The notes beneath the pieces are model-generated. The model saw only the letters and a program-made list of their open reading frames with translations. It made no database searches and was not told the origin of the DNA. A DNA stretch of 64,000 nt from sequence record NC_023610.1; one strand, given 5' to 3'. Both the position numbers and the translations under genes were made by a program. This document shows positions 63,701 to 64,000 of this stretch, piece after piece. Position 1 is the stretch's first letter; every line of letters begins with the position of its first letter.

Positions 63701-64000
63701 ATGATAACTGACAGCAGTTGGGTACGTCAGGGTAACCTACTCCCACGCAATGCCTTCAATCCGGAAGACACGTACTACCGAAACTACACCTCGGCGTATT
63801 ACAAGTTCACCGATACCACGCTGGGCGGGAACTTCGCCATGAACCCGCCTCCGCAGTTCTGTGATAACGCCGACCCGGTGGCACCTCGGTTCATGGACCT
63901 GTTGTCCCGTGAGAAGGACATGCCGTACGCTCCCGGGATGGGCCGTTGGTACAGTGAGAAGATTGATGACCCGGCTAACCTGTTGCACATTCGCTTTGGT
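63701..64000 (+). CDS. Virion structural/baseplate protein, 3'-truncated (phiKZ gp182-like)
   Basis: GGAG RBS, ATG 63701; KFTDTTLGGNFAMNPPPQF...AD and GMGRWYSE.IDD motifs; open to the window end. Confidence 0.7.
   Translation, partial: MITDSSWVRQGNLLPRNAFNPEDTYYRNYTSAYYKFTDTTLGGNFAMNPPPQFCDNADPVAPRFMDLLSREKDMPYAPGMGRWYSEKIDDPANLLHIRFG

Noticed and set aside
1-64000. tRNA, rRNA or tmRNA genes
   Set aside because: No cloverleaf with T-loop GTTC(A/G)A and acceptor stem seen in the intergenic gaps I inspected. A manual scan could miss one; tRNAscan-SE would settle it.
1-64000. Alternative genetic code or stop-codon recoding
   Set aside because: Core genes (vRNAP subunits, thyA, phoH, tail protein) are full length in the standard code and coding density is high.

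Overview
This 64-kb window comes from a lytic jumbo phage of the phiKZ-related group (nucleus-forming, Chimalliviridae-like), at roughly 52% GC. The host is probably enterobacterial; Erwinia/Pantoea is suggested by an AmsF/WceF-like tailspike. Left end: tail sheath (5'-truncated), tail tube, endolysin, a HAD phosphatase, a 1.3-kaa collagen-like tail fibre with tandem foldons, and six paralogous fibre-associated genes arranged as a duplicated A-B-C triplet. About 15.3-46.7 kb is a mostly minus-strand accessory/early region. It carries TATATTAC-type promoters, cUUCGg terminators, a DHH phosphoesterase, PhoH, thymidylate synthase, a multidomain dUTPase, SspB, an Ntn-hydrolase, a Gp49/Sf6-gp66-like protein and many small ORFs. 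Right end: the conserved core block of prohead protease, head/vRNAP-associated proteins, the split virion RNA polymerase beta and beta' subunits, and a 2.2-kaa tail protein with a GH19 lysozyme domain. Top observations are three apparent host-protein mimicry or hijack candidates. (1) A 94-aa ORF carries a close copy of the ribosomal bL12 (L7/L12) N-terminal stalk-anchoring helix. (2) That ORF sits in a run of four adjacent genes sharing a basic C-terminal tag, N-x-x-GT-x-x-x-P-x-x-K/R...GRR. (3) A 56-aa ORF missing from the supplied ORF track is an acidic linker ending in DECEGGACKI, a free-standing copy of the ribonucleotide reductase NrdA redox tail. All homology calls are made by eye and from memory of the families; no searches were run.
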